A DNA stretch of 64,000 nucleotides from Mobula hypostoma (lineage: Eukaryota). Positions within the stretch are counted from its first letter, which is position 1; each line of letters opens with the position of its first letter. The DNA is taken from the NCBI RefSeq assembly GCF_963921235.1, contig NC_086097.1, positions 128,342,001 to 128,406,000 of the forward strand. The letters run 5' to 3'. Below, one piece after another: positions 41,090 to 53,692 of this stretch. The position numbers and the translations under genes are program-made. A model generated the notes under the pieces. That model was not told where the DNA came from and made no database searches. It worked only from the letters and a program-made list of their open reading frames with translations.

Positions 41090-41260
41090 ACACAAGAGAT
41101 TCTGCAGATGCTGAAAATCCAAGGCAACAGACACGAAATGCTGGAGGAACTCAGAAGGTCAGGCAGCATCTATGAGAATGAAAAACAATCAATGTTTCAG
41201 GCTAAGACACTTCATCAGAACAGCAAATGAAGGGGGAAGATGCCAGAAGGTGGGGGAGGG
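41090..41260 (-). mobile_element. Penelope-derived repeat with hammerhead-like core
   Basis: Minus strand ctgatgaagtgtcttagcctgaaacattg...gatgctgcctgaccttctgagttcctccagcatt. Confidence 0.65.
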
Positions 41261-42094
41261 GTGATTGTTGTTTAATATAGTTTAAAATGTAGCTTCCAAT
41301 GAGGTGTAACATTTTCAATGAAGGTATTGAGTAAACTATTTAATTTTCTGCATAATAATTGTGACTAGATTGTCTTAACAGTGATATAGCAACTTCTGGA
41401 TCTTTGCATATGAACTGCAGATTGAGGTGCTCCAGAAGCTGTTGTGAGATTGGATATATTATTGCTAGGTGAAGTTTATAGTTCCCATAGGAAACTCAAG
41501 ACCAGTCTCTTACCCTTTCTTTGAAATGTTTCAATTGCATTTATTTTCAAATAAAAACTGATAAACAATTATGAGTGACTGTTTTACATATTGGATACAG
41601 ATACGTTCTCTGTGAGAAGAGATCGAAGATGGAAAATATCCATGGTCATCTCTTCTTCTGCATTTCCAGACTTAGCCTAGAACTTGCGCACTAACTCAAC
41701 GTAATACCATGGAGGACCATTGAAGTTGTGTGGATTTGCCAACTCAAAGGAAGTGGAAGATGATAATGGTGATTAACTTCTGGGCTGTCAAAACTCAATA
41801 TACAGCATGGTTGAACACAAGTTAAAATAGGTCAGATCTTACTGACCAGTCCAGCACTGGAGCCACTGAATGTCTGTCAAACAGGAAAGCTTCGGAACCA
41901 CTGATAGTTTTGGGAATCACATCTCATGTCCTATATCAAGTTAACGGCCCAACATGAGATCCAGTACTGATGAGAATTTTAGGGAATGTCATGTTTAGTT
42001 TAGTTTTTGTTTAGTTTCAATATGATCTTACACTTTATCATCTAACTGCACTGCACCTAATTCTGCATTGTTACTATTTCCCCTTACTCTAGTT

Positions 42095-43330
42095 CAGCAG
42101 TCTCCAACCACTGGGCCGCGGACTGGTACCAGGCCGCAAAGCATGTGCTACCGGGCCACAAGGAAGCGATATGATTTGGTGATATGAGTCAGCTGCACCA
42201 TTTCTCATTCCCTGTCACGTGCTGTTGAGCTTGAACGCACGCGAGGTCATTACCCGCACATCATCCGTGTCAGCGCGGGAAGGAGATCAACTCCTTGAGC
42301 TTGCAAATGATGGCGGGCTGAAAAGTATGTTTGAAAAAACATCTCTGCCGGCATTCTGGATCAAAGTCAAGGCTGAATATCCTAAGATAACCACGAAAGC
42401 ACTGAAAATATTGCTTCCATTTCCAACATATCTCTGCAAAGCGGAGTTTTCTGCAATGAATGCAACGAAAACTAAATTGCGGAATAGACTGGACATAAGG
42501 AACCCCCTTCGAGTATCACTGTCTCCCATCACCCCGTTAGGACTGTCTTGCTGCAGGGAAACAAGCACAGGGCTCCCACTGATTCGGCGATATTGGTGTG
42601 TTGCAATGATTTTATATGTTCATATGGGGAAAATATGTGCTGTGTGTTTAATATCCAAACATTACTTAAAATGTTATGATGCTGTTGACTTATAAGTGAC
42701 TTATATAACCATATAACAATTACAGCACAGAAACAGGCCATCTCTGCCCTTCTAGTCCGTGACGAACACTACTCTCACCTAGTCCCACCGACCTGCACTC
42801 AGCCCATAACTCTCCATTCCTTTCCTGTCTATATAGCTATCCAATTTTTCTTTAAATGATAACATTGAACCTGCTTTTACCACTTCTACTGGAAGTTCAT
42901 TCAACACTTACTTCAAGCTCCCCTGTCCTCCCCTGATAATTGACTTATCACTGTGTTCATGCAAGGAAAATATGTGCTGTGTGTTTAATATTAAATTCGT
43001 TAGATAGACCCTTTTAGAAACGAAATTGAGTGTATTAGCCACTTACCAACTATATTCTGGTCATGATTAACACACCCACCCCCGAACAGAATCGCCAAAA
43101 ATGATTTGCAGAAAAAAATCAACACGTACACGCATATGCAGGTCACACATGCGCACTGTGCCCGTGCAAGGCTTCATGGTCATTGTAGTCTTTCTTGGGG
43201 TAAACACAATGTATTTGACTGCTACTCTTGTCCGTCGGCAACCCTACCCTCCCCCCCAGGTCGGCCGGTCCGCAAGAGTGTTGTCAATAAGAAACCGGTC
43301 CGCATTGCAAAAAATGGTTGGGGACCCCTG
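42095..43330 (+). mobile_element. Charlie/Buster-type hAT deletion derivative with C-terminal transposase fragment
   Basis: TIRs cagcagtctccaacc / ggttggggacccctg; exact 8-bp TSD ctctagtt (42087-42094, 43331-43338); ORF 42219.. FWIKVKAEYPKITTKALKILLPFPTYLCKAEFSAMNATKTKLRNRLD; carries a CR1 3' fragment at ~42705-42900. Confidence 0.92.
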
Positions 43331-44686
43331 CTCTAGTTCACTGCACTGTGTAGTGATTTGATCTGTATGAACAGTATGCAAGACAAGCTTTTCGCTATAT
43401 TTTGGTACATGTGACAATAATAAAACAGTACCATGACCAAATTCAGGAAGATTGTGAAAATCATAATTTTATTGAATGGCGGAGCAAGCACGAGAAGTTA
43501 AATGATCTTCTCCTGAATTTATTTCTATGTTCTTTCTCTAAACGTTCTTTGAGTTGGTATTTAATTATTGACAATTATTTAATTTACACAGTTAAATGGT
43601 TTTGAATTCCAAAAGAAAGTATGGACCTTTATTTGAAAGTAATACTTTGCTGGGTTTCATAGCTGTTAGACATTTTCTGGGGCCGCCTTAGTACACAACC
43701 AGTGGCTCTGACACCATCCTGATTATATCACTGACATCCAAGCTGTTCTGGACAAATGTGATCAGTGTTCAGCTGCTGGACTGGGTGAGGATAGACATGG
43801 TGGGGCAACAGAAGACACACTGTAAAAATATATTTGTTAAGTTTTAAAAGGACATTTATTTCTAAGGCCCGAATGGGGTTGGGATAGGAACAGCTCCATT
43901 GTATTTAGAGCAAGTGCACTTCACAACTCAAGTGGACCTTTAAAGAAGCAAGTGATTGAAAGAAGGATAAGTAAATAGAAGAAAGTTGTACATTTGTATC
44001 TTGCCTTGTGGAACATTGCAAATTACTTTATGACTCTAAACCCTTAAAAGTAAAATGTATTTTGAGTATAATCACTGATGTAGCATAGGAAACACAACGA
44101 CCAATTATCACACAGAGAGCTCCCACAGACAGTCATCAAATAAAAGTCAAGGTCAAGTTTATTATCATGCAAACAAATACAAGTATGCACAGGTGCAATG
44201 AAAATCTTATTTGCAGCAGTATCACAGGTAAATAGTATCAGATACATAATACTCATAAGAAGAAAAGCATAGACATAAATTAATAAAAAATCACACAAGC
44301 AAGAACACAGTTAGGACAAAGAGAGTCTATTGTATTGTAAAATGATTAAAGTAGTCATAAGATTGCCTTACTACAGTAGTGAGCAATCTCATGACTATTA
44401 TGACTGCTAGGTTGGGCAGGTTGGTTAAAGAAGCAAATTGTTGAAGTAGCTGTCCTTGAACCTGGTGGTATGGGACTTCAGGTTTCTGTATCTCTTGACA
44501 AACTATAGCTGCAAGAAGATTAGAGAATATTGTTCTGGTTGCTGCTATGGGATAAACCCACTGAATTCTACGCAACCATCCAGAAGTGCCTTTGTGCTGC
44601 ATTTCCTTTCAACTACACATAAGCTTAAATTCTTGCACTCATATCTCTGGAACGGAGCCCAGCCTCATTAGCATGTGTACACAGTA

Positions 44687-45036
44687 GAAAGTTTACTTAC
44701 AACTGTTTGTGAATTTTCACATGGAAGCTGCTATTTAGAAAGCAAGCTTTGCAAACAGGAGATAGAAGCGGATATCTATCACACACAAAATAATCTGCAG
44801 ATGCTGGGATCAAAGCAACACTCACAACATGCTGGAGGAACTCAGCAGGTCGGGCAGCATCCGTGGAAATGATGAGTGGACGTTTCAGGCAGGAACCCTT
44901 CATCAGAACTGAAGAGGGAAGGGGCAGAGACCCTATAAAGAAGGTAGGGGGATGGTTGGAAGGCGAAGGCGTTCTCCTTCCAACCCTCCCCCCACCTTCT
45001 TTATAGGGCCTCTGCCCCTTCCTTCTATCTATCACA
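44687..45036 (-). repeat. 3' LTR remnant (first 97 bp, starting TGTGATAGATA), split by a Penelope-derived insertion
   Basis: 44687-44783 aligns to 61401-61497 with about 10 differences in 97 columns (manual count). Confidence 0.85.
44787..45025 (-). mobile_element. Penelope-derived insertion with hammerhead core and 14-bp TSD
   Basis: TSD tatctatcacacac at 44773-44786 and 45026-45039; minus strand CTGATGA-agggttcctgcct-GAAACGTC at ~44879-44906; internal inverted repeat gaagggg cagag..cctataaagaaggt / accttctttatagg..ctctgccccttc. Confidence 0.8.
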
Positions 45037-45058
45037 CACCACCCCACCCCACCCCCTT
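45037..45058 (-). promoter_or_regulatory. Polypurine tract of the provirus
   Basis: Minus strand aagggggtggggtggggtggtg immediately precedes the LTR start TGTGATAGATA. Confidence 0.7.
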
Positions 45059-45890
45059 GATTAGCCAGGATTTCTGACCCAGGCTATTGCGGAGAGTTTA
45101 AACTAGAATTGCTGGGGGGTGGGAATCAAACTGAAGAGATGGAGGAAGAGGCGGTTGGCTCACAAATAGAGAAAGCTTGGAGACAATGGGAAAGGGTGGA
45201 TAGGCAGGTGATAGAGAAGGGGCGCGCTCAAACTGATGGTTTGAGATGGATCTATTTTAATGCAAGGAGTATTATGAACAAAGTGGATGAGTTTAGAGTG
45301 TGGATCAGCGCTTGGAGCTCTGATGTTGCGGCCATAACAGAGACTTGGATGGCTCAGGGGCAGGAATGATTACTTCGTGTGCCAGGCCTTAGATGTTTCT
45401 GAAAGGACAGGACGGGAGGCAAAAGAGGTGGGGGCATGGCACTGTTGATCAGAGATAGTGTCACAGCTGCAGAAAAGGAGAAAGTTATGGAGGGATTGTC
45501 TACAGAGTCTCTGTGGGTGGAAGTTAGGAATAGGAAGGTGTCAATAACTCTACTGGGTTCTTTTTATAGACCACCCAATAGTAACAGGGATATCGAGGGG
45601 CAGATCGGGAGACAGATTCTGGAAAGCTATTATAATAACGGAGTTGTTGTGGTGGGAGATTTTAATTTTCCAAATATTGATTGGCATCTCCGTAGAGCGA
45701 GGGGTTGAGATGGGGTGAAGTTTCTTAGGTGTGTTCAGGAAGGTATCTTGATACATATGTAGATAAGCCTACAAGAGGAGAGGCTGTTCTTAATCTGGTA
45801 TTGAGAAATGAACCTGGTCAGGTGTCAGATCCCTCTGTGGAAGAGCATTTTGGAGATAGTGATCACAATTCTATCTCCTTTACCACAGAA

Positions 45891-46843
45891 GTCAAGTCAA
45901 GTCAAGTCAAGTCACTCTTATTTTCATTTCGACCATAACTGCTGGTACAGTACACAGTAAAAACGAGACAACATTTTTCAGGACCATGGTGCTACATGAA
46001 CAATACAAAAACTACACTGAACTGCATAAAAAAACAACACAAAACTACACTAGACTACAGACCTACCCAGGACTGCATAAAGTGCACAAAACAGTGCAGG
46101 CATTACAATAAATAATAAACAAGACAATATGCACAGTAGAGGGCAGAAGGTTGATATCAGTCCAGGCTCTGGGTATTGAGGAGTCTGATGACTTGGGGGA
46201 AGAAATTGTTACATAGTCTGGTCATGAGAGCCCGAATACTTCGGTGCCTTTTGCCAGATGGCAGGAGGGAGAAGAGTTTGTATGAGGGGTGCGTGGGGTC
46301 CTTCTTAATGCTGTTTGCTTTATGGATGCAGAGTGAGGTGTAAATATCTGTAATGGCGGGAAGAGAGACCCCGATGATCCCTTCAGCTGACCTCACTATC
46401 CACTGCAGGGTCTTGCGATCCGAGATGGTGCAATTTCTGAACCAGGCAGCGATGCAGCTGCTCAGGATGCTCTCGATACATCCTCTGTAGAATGTGGTGA
46501 GGATGGGGAGTGGGAGATGGACTTTTCTCAGCCTTCACAGAAAATAGAAACGCTGCTGGGCTTTCTTTGCTATGGAGCTGGTGTTCAGGGACCAGGTAAG
46601 ATTCTCTGCTAGGTGAACACCAAAAAATTTGGTGCTCTTAATGATCTCCAAGGAGGAGTCGTTGATTTTCAGCAGAAAGTGGTCATTCCGTGTCCTCATG
46701 AAGTCAATAACCATCACTTTTGTTATGTTCATATTCAGAGACAGGTTGTTGGCTCTGCACCAGTCCATTGCACCTCCGCTGCATCTCCTTTCTGTATGCT
46801 GACTCACTGTTCTTGCTGTTGTGACCCACCAAGGTCGTGTCAT
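45891..46843 (-). mobile_element. Rex1/Babar LINE 3' part nested in CR1
   Basis: [39 protein letters not shown]; (TTGAC)n tail; cagaa duplicated at 45886-45890 and 46844-46848. Confidence 0.88.
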
Positions 46844-47075
46844 CAGAATTGGAGAGGGATAGGAACAGACAAGTTAGGGAAACATTTATTTGGAGTAAGG
46901 GTAAATATGAGGCTATCAGGCAGGAACTTGGAAGAATAAACTGGAAACAGATGTTCTCAGGGAAACGTACGGAAGAAATGTGGCAAATGTTCAGGGGATA
47001 TTTGCGTGGTGTTCTGCATAGGTACATTACAGTGAGACAGGGAAAGGATGGTAGGGTGCAGTAACCGCGGTGTAC

Positions 47076-48632
47076 TTAAGGAAGTGCTTAAGGAAGTGGC
47101 CCAAGAAATAGTGGATGCATTAGTGATAATTTTTCAAAACTCGTTAGATTCTGGACTAGTTCCTGAGGATTGGAGGGTGGCTAATGTAACCCCACTTTTT
47201 AAAAAAGGAGGGAGAGAGAAACCGGGGAATTATAGGCCGGTTAGCCTAACGTCGGTGGTGGGGAAACTGCTGGAGTCAGTTATCAAGGATGTGATAACAG
47301 CACATTTGGAAAGCGGTGAAATGATCGGACAAAGTCAGCATGGATTTGTGAAAGGAAAATCATGTCTGACGAATCTCATAGAATTTTTTGAGGATGTAAC
47401 TAGTAGAGTGGATAGGGGAGAACCAGTGGATGTGGTATATTTGGATTTTCAAAAGGCTTTTGACAAGGTCCCACATAGGAGATTAGTGTGCAAACTTACA
47501 GCACACGGTATTGGGGGTAAGGTATTGGTGTGGGTGGAGAATTGGTTAGCAGACAGGAAGCAAAGAGTGGGAATAAACGGGACCTTTTCAGAATGGCAGG
47601 CGGTGACTAGTGGGGTACCGCAAGGCTCAGTGCTGGGACCCCAGTTGTTTACAATATATATTAATGACTTGGATGAGGGAATTAAATGCAGCATCTCCAA
47701 GTTTGCGGATGACACAAAGCTGGGTGGCAGTGTTAGCAGTGAGGAGGATGCTAAGAGGATGCAGGGTGACTTGGATAGGTTGGGTGAGTGGGCAAACTCA
47801 TGGCAGATGCAATTTAATGTGGATAAATGTGAAGTTATCCACTTTGGTGGCAAAAATAGGAAAACAGATTATTATCTGAATGGTGGCCGATTAGGAAAAG
47901 GGGAGGTGCAACGAGACCTGGGTGTCATTATACACCAGTCATTGAAAGTGGGCATGCAGGTACAGCAGGCGGTGAAAAAGGAGAACGGTATGCTGGCATT
48001 TATAGCGAGAGGATTCGAGTACAGGAGCAGGGAGGTACTACTGCAGTTGTACAAGGCCTTGGTGAGACCACACCTGGAGTATTGTGTGCAGTTTTGGTCC
48101 CCTAATCTGAGGAAAGACATCTTTGCCATAGAGGGAGTACAAAGAAGGTTCACCAGATTGATTCCTGGGATGGCAGGTCTTTCATATGAAGAAAGACTGG
48201 ATGAACTGGGCTTGTACTCGTTGGAATTTAGAAGATTGAGGGGGGATCTGATTGAAACGTATAAGATCCTAAAGGGATTGGACAGGCTAGATGCGGGAAG
48301 ATTGTTCCCGATGTTGGGGAGGTCTAGAACGAGGGGTCACAGTTTGAGGATAGAGGGGAAGCCTTTTAGGACCGAGGTTAGGAAAAACTTCTTCACACAG
48401 AGAGTGGTGAATCTGTGGAATTCTCTGCCACAGCAAACTGTTGAGGCCAGTTCATTAGCTATGTTTAAAAGGAAGTTAGATATGGCCCTTGTGGCTACAG
48501 GGGTCAGGGGGTATGGAGGGAAGGCTGGGTTCTGAGTTGGATGATCAGCCATGATCATAATAAATGGCGGTGCAGGCTCGAAGGGCCGAATGGCCTACTC
48601 CTGCACCTATTTTCTATGTTTCTATGTTTCTA
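47076..48632 (+). mobile_element. Young 5'-truncated CR1 with uninterrupted RT/C-terminal ORF (47048..48535)
   Basis: 495-aa ORF with [41 protein letters not shown]; (TTTCTATG)3 tail; tgtac duplicated at 47071-47075 and 48633-48637. Confidence 0.95.
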
Positions 48633-50808
48633 TGTACAAAGGCTGTTGTAAATCTAGTCAACAAGAAAAGAAAAGCTTACGAAAGGTTCAAAAACTAGGC
48701 AATGATAGAGATCTAGAAGATTATAAGGCTAGCAGGAAGGAGCTGAAGAATGAAATTAGGAGAGCCAGGAGGGGCCATGAGAAGGCCTTGGCAGACAGAA
48801 TTAAGAAAAACCCCATGGAATTCTACTAATATGTGAAGAGCAAGAGGATAAGATGTGAGAGAATAGGAGCAATCAAGTGTGACAGTGGAAAAGTATGTAC
48901 GGAACCGGAGGATGAATACTTCACTTTAGTATTCACTACGGAAAAAGATCTTGTCAATTGTAGGGATGACTTACAGTGGATTAAAAAGCTTGAGCCTGTA
49001 GATATTAAGAAAGAGGATGTGCTGGAGCTTTTGGAAAGCATCAAGTTGGATAAGTCACCGGGACAGGACGAGATGTACCCCAGGCTACTGTGGGAGGCAA
49101 GGGAGGAGATCACTGAGCCTCTGGCGATGATCTTTGCATCATCAATGGGGACAGGAGAGGTTCCAGAGGATTGGAGGGTTGCAGATGTTGTTCCCTTATT
49201 CAAGAAAGGGAGTAGAGATGGCCCAGGAAATTATAGACCAGTGGGTCTGACTTCAGTGATTGGTAAGTTGATGAAGAACATCCTGAGAGGCAGGATTTAT
49301 GAACATTTGGAGAGGCAGAATATGATTAGGAATAGTCAGCATAGCTTTGTCAAAGGTTGGTCGTGTCTTACGAGCCTGATTGAATTTTTTGAGGATGTGT
49401 CTTGTCTTAACACATTGATGAAGGTAGAGCAGTAGATGTAATGTATATGGATTTCAGCAAGGCATTTGATAAGGTACCCCATGCAAGGCTTATTGAGAAA
49501 GTAAGGAGGCATGGCATCCAAGGAGACACTGCTTTGTGGATCCAGAACTGGTTTGCTCACAGAAGGCAAAGGGTGTCTGTAGACAGGTCATATTCTGCAT
49601 GGAGGTCAGTGACCAGTGGTGTGCCTCGGGGATCTGTTCTGGAACCCGTACTCTTCATGTTTTTTATAAATGACCTGGATGAGGAAGTGGAGGGATGGGT
49701 TCGTAAATTTGCTGATGACACAAAGGTTGGGGGTGTTGTGGATAGTGTGGAGGGCTGTCAGAGGTTACAGCAGGACATTGATAGGATGCAAAATTGGGTT
49801 GAGAAGTGGCAGATGGAGTTCAACCCAGATGAGTGTAAGGTGGTTCATTTTGGTAGGTCAAATATGATAGTAGAATATATTATTAATGGTAACTCTTGGC
49901 AGTGTGGAGGATCAGAGGGATCTTGGGGTCTGAGTCCACAGGACACTCAAAGCTGCTATGCAAGTTGACTCTGTGGTTAAGAATGCATACGGTGCATTGG
50001 CCTTAATCAATCGTTCCCGGTGCTAGAAAAGGCTCTCTTTACTCTTTCCAATCCTATGCTCAAAAGCCCTCATTGGTACTTCCCAGTGTAGGATTTCCCT
50101 GTGCGATTTTCACGTTATAATACAGTATTCACTTCCTTAATCCTAGCTGGGACATGTTTTCCAAACCTCAAAGGAACATAACCATTATAACTTTCCATAA
50201 AGCTGCGACAATAACGCATCAATGTCCATTTTATAAGTACATATTAGTCCATCTTTAGAATCTCCTTCCCCACAAACTGTTCTTTCCAATTTCTTGATTC
50301 AAATCACTGTCTCAGTCGCCATCAGTTCATTCAGTCAGCTAGCAATATGTTTAAATCTGTTGAAGATAGTTAGTTCACCTCCTTCACAGGTGTGTTCACA
50401 TGGCTTTTAATGTAGTGCACGACTTTACTCAGATTTCCTGAAAACAAGTCTTGTAAATAAATTACTGATACTGTAGTGTTGTCTTCTTTTGCCTAAAGAT
50501 TAGTAATCTCACATCTTAATTATAGAAATTTATATCCATCAGTTACACGATTTCACAATGTAATAATATACATAAAAAATGAAACATTTACAAAAGTAAG
50601 GAAGAATACAGTTCTCCTGTTGAGAACTCAGTCTATACCTTTCATTCTAAGCTCCCAGAAAAAAACATGTCGCAATGTAAGAGTTGGTTTTGTCCCTCCC
50701 CTAGGAGTGAATACCCATCAGTATGCTGTAACTTAATATTCTAACACCAACCATACCATCTGCATGAGTTTCTTCCTATTTTCGTGATTTCAAACTCTAC
50801 ATATAATT

Positions 50809-50955
50809 GGAAAAGAGTATAGTCGACAATTTGGACCAAGACCCGAAACGTCGACTATACTCTTTTCCACAGATGCTGCCTGGCCTGCTGAGTTTCTCCA
50901 CCATTTTGTGTGTGTTGCTTGCATTTCTAGCATTTACAGATTTTCCCTTGTTTGT
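50809..50955 (+). mobile_element. Penelope-derived hairpin remnant
   Basis: Perfect 19-bp inverted repeat ggaaaagagtatagtcgac (50809-50827) / gtcgactatactcttttcc (50850-50868) around cccgaaacgtc. Confidence 0.75.
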
Positions 50956-51786
50956 GACTGATTGACATTTAATTCTTCCAGTCTTTCTCCTTCACTTTTT
51001 TTAAGGATTGGACCTAACTGAGAACTTTTGTGTTTACCCAGAAAACTTTAACTGAACAAGGACTAGTCAGTCTGTTCTGTCAAACCACAACCCATGGGAT
51101 TTTATAAATCTAATAATACAAATTGTTCTGGCAGTGAATATAACACAAATAGCACTAGTAATAGGCTTGGTGGTCCTTCTTGTTGTTTTGTAGGAGTACC
51201 ACGTACAAAATACATGCTTATACCTGAGTAACAAGTAAAAGACCCACAGACAGTTCTACCTTGTGACAATATCACACTTTGTAGACCTTGGAACTGTTAG
51301 GATTACATCTCCATTTCCAAAAGAAATCACAACAAAATAAATAAAAAGCTATCAGGAGAGTACTATGTCTCAGAGATAGCTATCTTTCTCCTTCTGTTAA
51401 GTCTTCCACCATTATGTATCATTACATAGTACAATAGATGGTTTTAAAATTCAAAGGAGTAAACCACGATGGAGTAATATCATTATTGGCAAAGAATAAC
51501 ACATATACAAAGTACATTATCTAAAATCTTAAGCACCATCTATATAAAAAGTTACCTTTGTTAAAAGGTAAATATGCAACATCCAAATAGGTAATTAAAA
51601 ATAACATTTATCAACTCATCTTTCCGTAGGATTGTAATATATTCGCAACAGACATATCCCAACCCCCAAAAGGATGAGGCGAGAAACATGCATGTTTGTA
51701 TGCAATGTTTGTGATCAGGATTAGGAAAAGGAGAGGAACAAGGATAACATGATCAGGGCAGTCCCTGTTCTTCACTTTCATGTCGC

Positions 51787-53075
51787 ACTCATCTCAATAA
51801 TAAGCAAATGCTTTGAGAGGCTGGTCAAGGATTACATCTGCAGCTTGCTACCACCCAAAATGAGCCCCCTACAATTCGCCTAATAACCCAACGGTCGACT
51901 GACGACGCAATAGCCACTGCTTGACATACTGTCCTTACACATCTGGAGAAGAAGAATGCTTATGTGAGAATGCTGTTCTTGGACTACAGTTCAGCATTCA
52001 GCACCATAGTTCCAATCAGGCTTGACAAGAATCTCAGAGACCTGGGCCTTGACCCTGCGTTGTGCAGCTGGATCCTGGAATTCCTGTCAGATCGCCAGCA
52101 GGTGGTAAGAGTGGGCTTCCTCATCTCCAACCCTCTGACTCTCAATACAGGAGCCCCTCAGGGCTGTGTACTGAGTCCCCTCCTTTACTCCCTGTATACC
52201 CATGACTGTGTTGCCACCCACAGCTCTAATCTGCTAATTAAATTTGCCAAAGACACCACATTGATTGGCCTTATCTCAAACAATAACGAAGTGGCCTACA
52301 GGGAAGAAATCACCTCTCTAACACAGTGGTGTCAAGAAAACAACCTCTCCCTCAATGTCGCAAAAACAAAGGAGCTGGTTGTGGATTACAGGAGGAATGG
52401 AGATGGGCTAACCCCTATTGATATCAATGGAGATGGAGTTGAGAGGGTAAACAGCTTCAAGTTCCTTGACATCCACATCACCGAGGATCTCATGTAATCT
52501 GTACACATCAGCTGTGTGGTGAAAAAAGCACAACAGTGCCTCTTTCACCTCAGACAGTTGTGGAAGTTTGGCATGGGCCCCAAAATCCTAAGGACTTTCC
52601 ACAGGGGCACAACTGAGAGCATCCTGACAGGCTGCATCACTGCCTGGTATGGGAACTGTACCTCCCTAAATCGCAGGACTCTGCAGAGAGTGGTGTGGAC
52701 AGCCCAGCGCATCTGTAGTTGTGAACTTCCTATGATTCAGGACAATTACAAGGACAGGTGTATAAAAAGCACCCATAGGATCATTGGGGACCCAAGCCAT
52801 CCCAACCACAATCTATTCCAGCCGCTACCATTTGGGAAGCGGTACCGCAGCATAAAAGCCAGGACCAACTGGCTCCGGGACAGCTTCTTCCACCAGGGCA
52901 TCAGACTGATGAACTCACACTGATTTGAGTGCACTCTATATTACATTGACTGTTCTATTTATTTTAAGTTATTATAAATTACTATGATTGCACATTGCAT
53001 ATTTAGATGGAGAGGTAACATAAAGATGTTTATGTATGTGAAGGATGTAAGAAATGAAGTCAATTCAATTCAAAT
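51787..53075 (+). mobile_element. Rex1/Babar LINE RT plus 3' end nested in the provirus
   Basis: [51 protein letters not shown]; (TCAAT)n tail. Confidence 0.92.
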
Positions 53076-53621
53076 TCAGGGTGAGGATGACCCAGAGGAA
53101 TAGCTAAAGAGGTAAGTAAGTGGCAGTGTATAGCAAAGCAGTTATACAAGAGATAACCCATGGTAGTGCTGATTAGATATGGGAGTTAACAAAGTCTCAG
53201 GAGTGGAGCCGTTATACAAAAAGCAGAAGTCACCAAACTTCCATCCTTGCAGTCTCCAGTGTCACTCTACAAAAAGAGCAATACAAAAACAATAATTCCA
53301 ATAGCCAAGGGAATTCTCCATTGGAAAATTGCAAAAAAAAATCTGTAACCCAATTTAAAGTTGTTCCAATCCACCCAGAAACTATTTGCTACCATGGAAG
53401 TTAAATGTGCAGCAGCTAGGAAGGTCTTAGCTATTGTTTCAACGTGAGCATTAAGCCAGCCAGGGGTTTAATATGAGTGTCCCAAGGAAACTTATGAAAT
53501 GATGTGCCTCACTCTTCCGGTTGTGTCAGTTCTGTGACTCTCATACTGTACAGAGAAATACTCTTTTAATTTGGTTGTGTTTCTTCTAGCCTTTGTTAAT
53601 AAATACCAAGTCCTATTAGAA

Positions 53622-53692
53622 CAACCTTTTTTGATGCCATGGACCAAAAACATTAAACAAGGGGTCTGTGGACAGCAGGTTGGGAATACCTG
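53622..53692. mobile_element. Small hAT-type MITE remnant within env
   Basis: caacctttttgatgccatggacc...ggggtctgtggacagcaggttgggaatacctg with hAT-like terminal sequence. Confidence 0.45.

Larger units (their letters stand above)
45085..50015 (+). mobile_element. CR1 LINE ORF2 (APE endonuclease + RT), degraded, 3'-truncated, with nested Rex1 and CR1
   Basis: YFNARSI, AITETW, FYRPPNS, VGDFNFPNIDW, DSDHNSI (EN); KSPGQDEMYPR, PGNYRPV, DFSKAFDKVPH, KFADDTK (RT). Confidence 0.92.
50020..53266 (-). pseudogene. Putative foamy-virus accessory gene region between env and 3' LTR (degraded ORFs, product unknown)
   Basis: ~1.8 kb of non-LINE sequence (53075-53266, 50955-51786, 50020-50808) with long coding-like stretches such as CEHTCEGGELTIFNRFKHIAS*LNELMATETVI*IKKLERTVCGEGDSKDGLICTYKMDIDALLSQLYGKL; position matches the foamy accessory region. 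Confidence 0.55.

Noticed and set aside
47048..48535. 495-aa ORF as a functional host or bacterial-type reverse transcriptase gene
   Set aside because: It is a 5'-truncated CR1 ORF2 with a CR1 tail and TSD; the ATG comes from the flanking older CR1.
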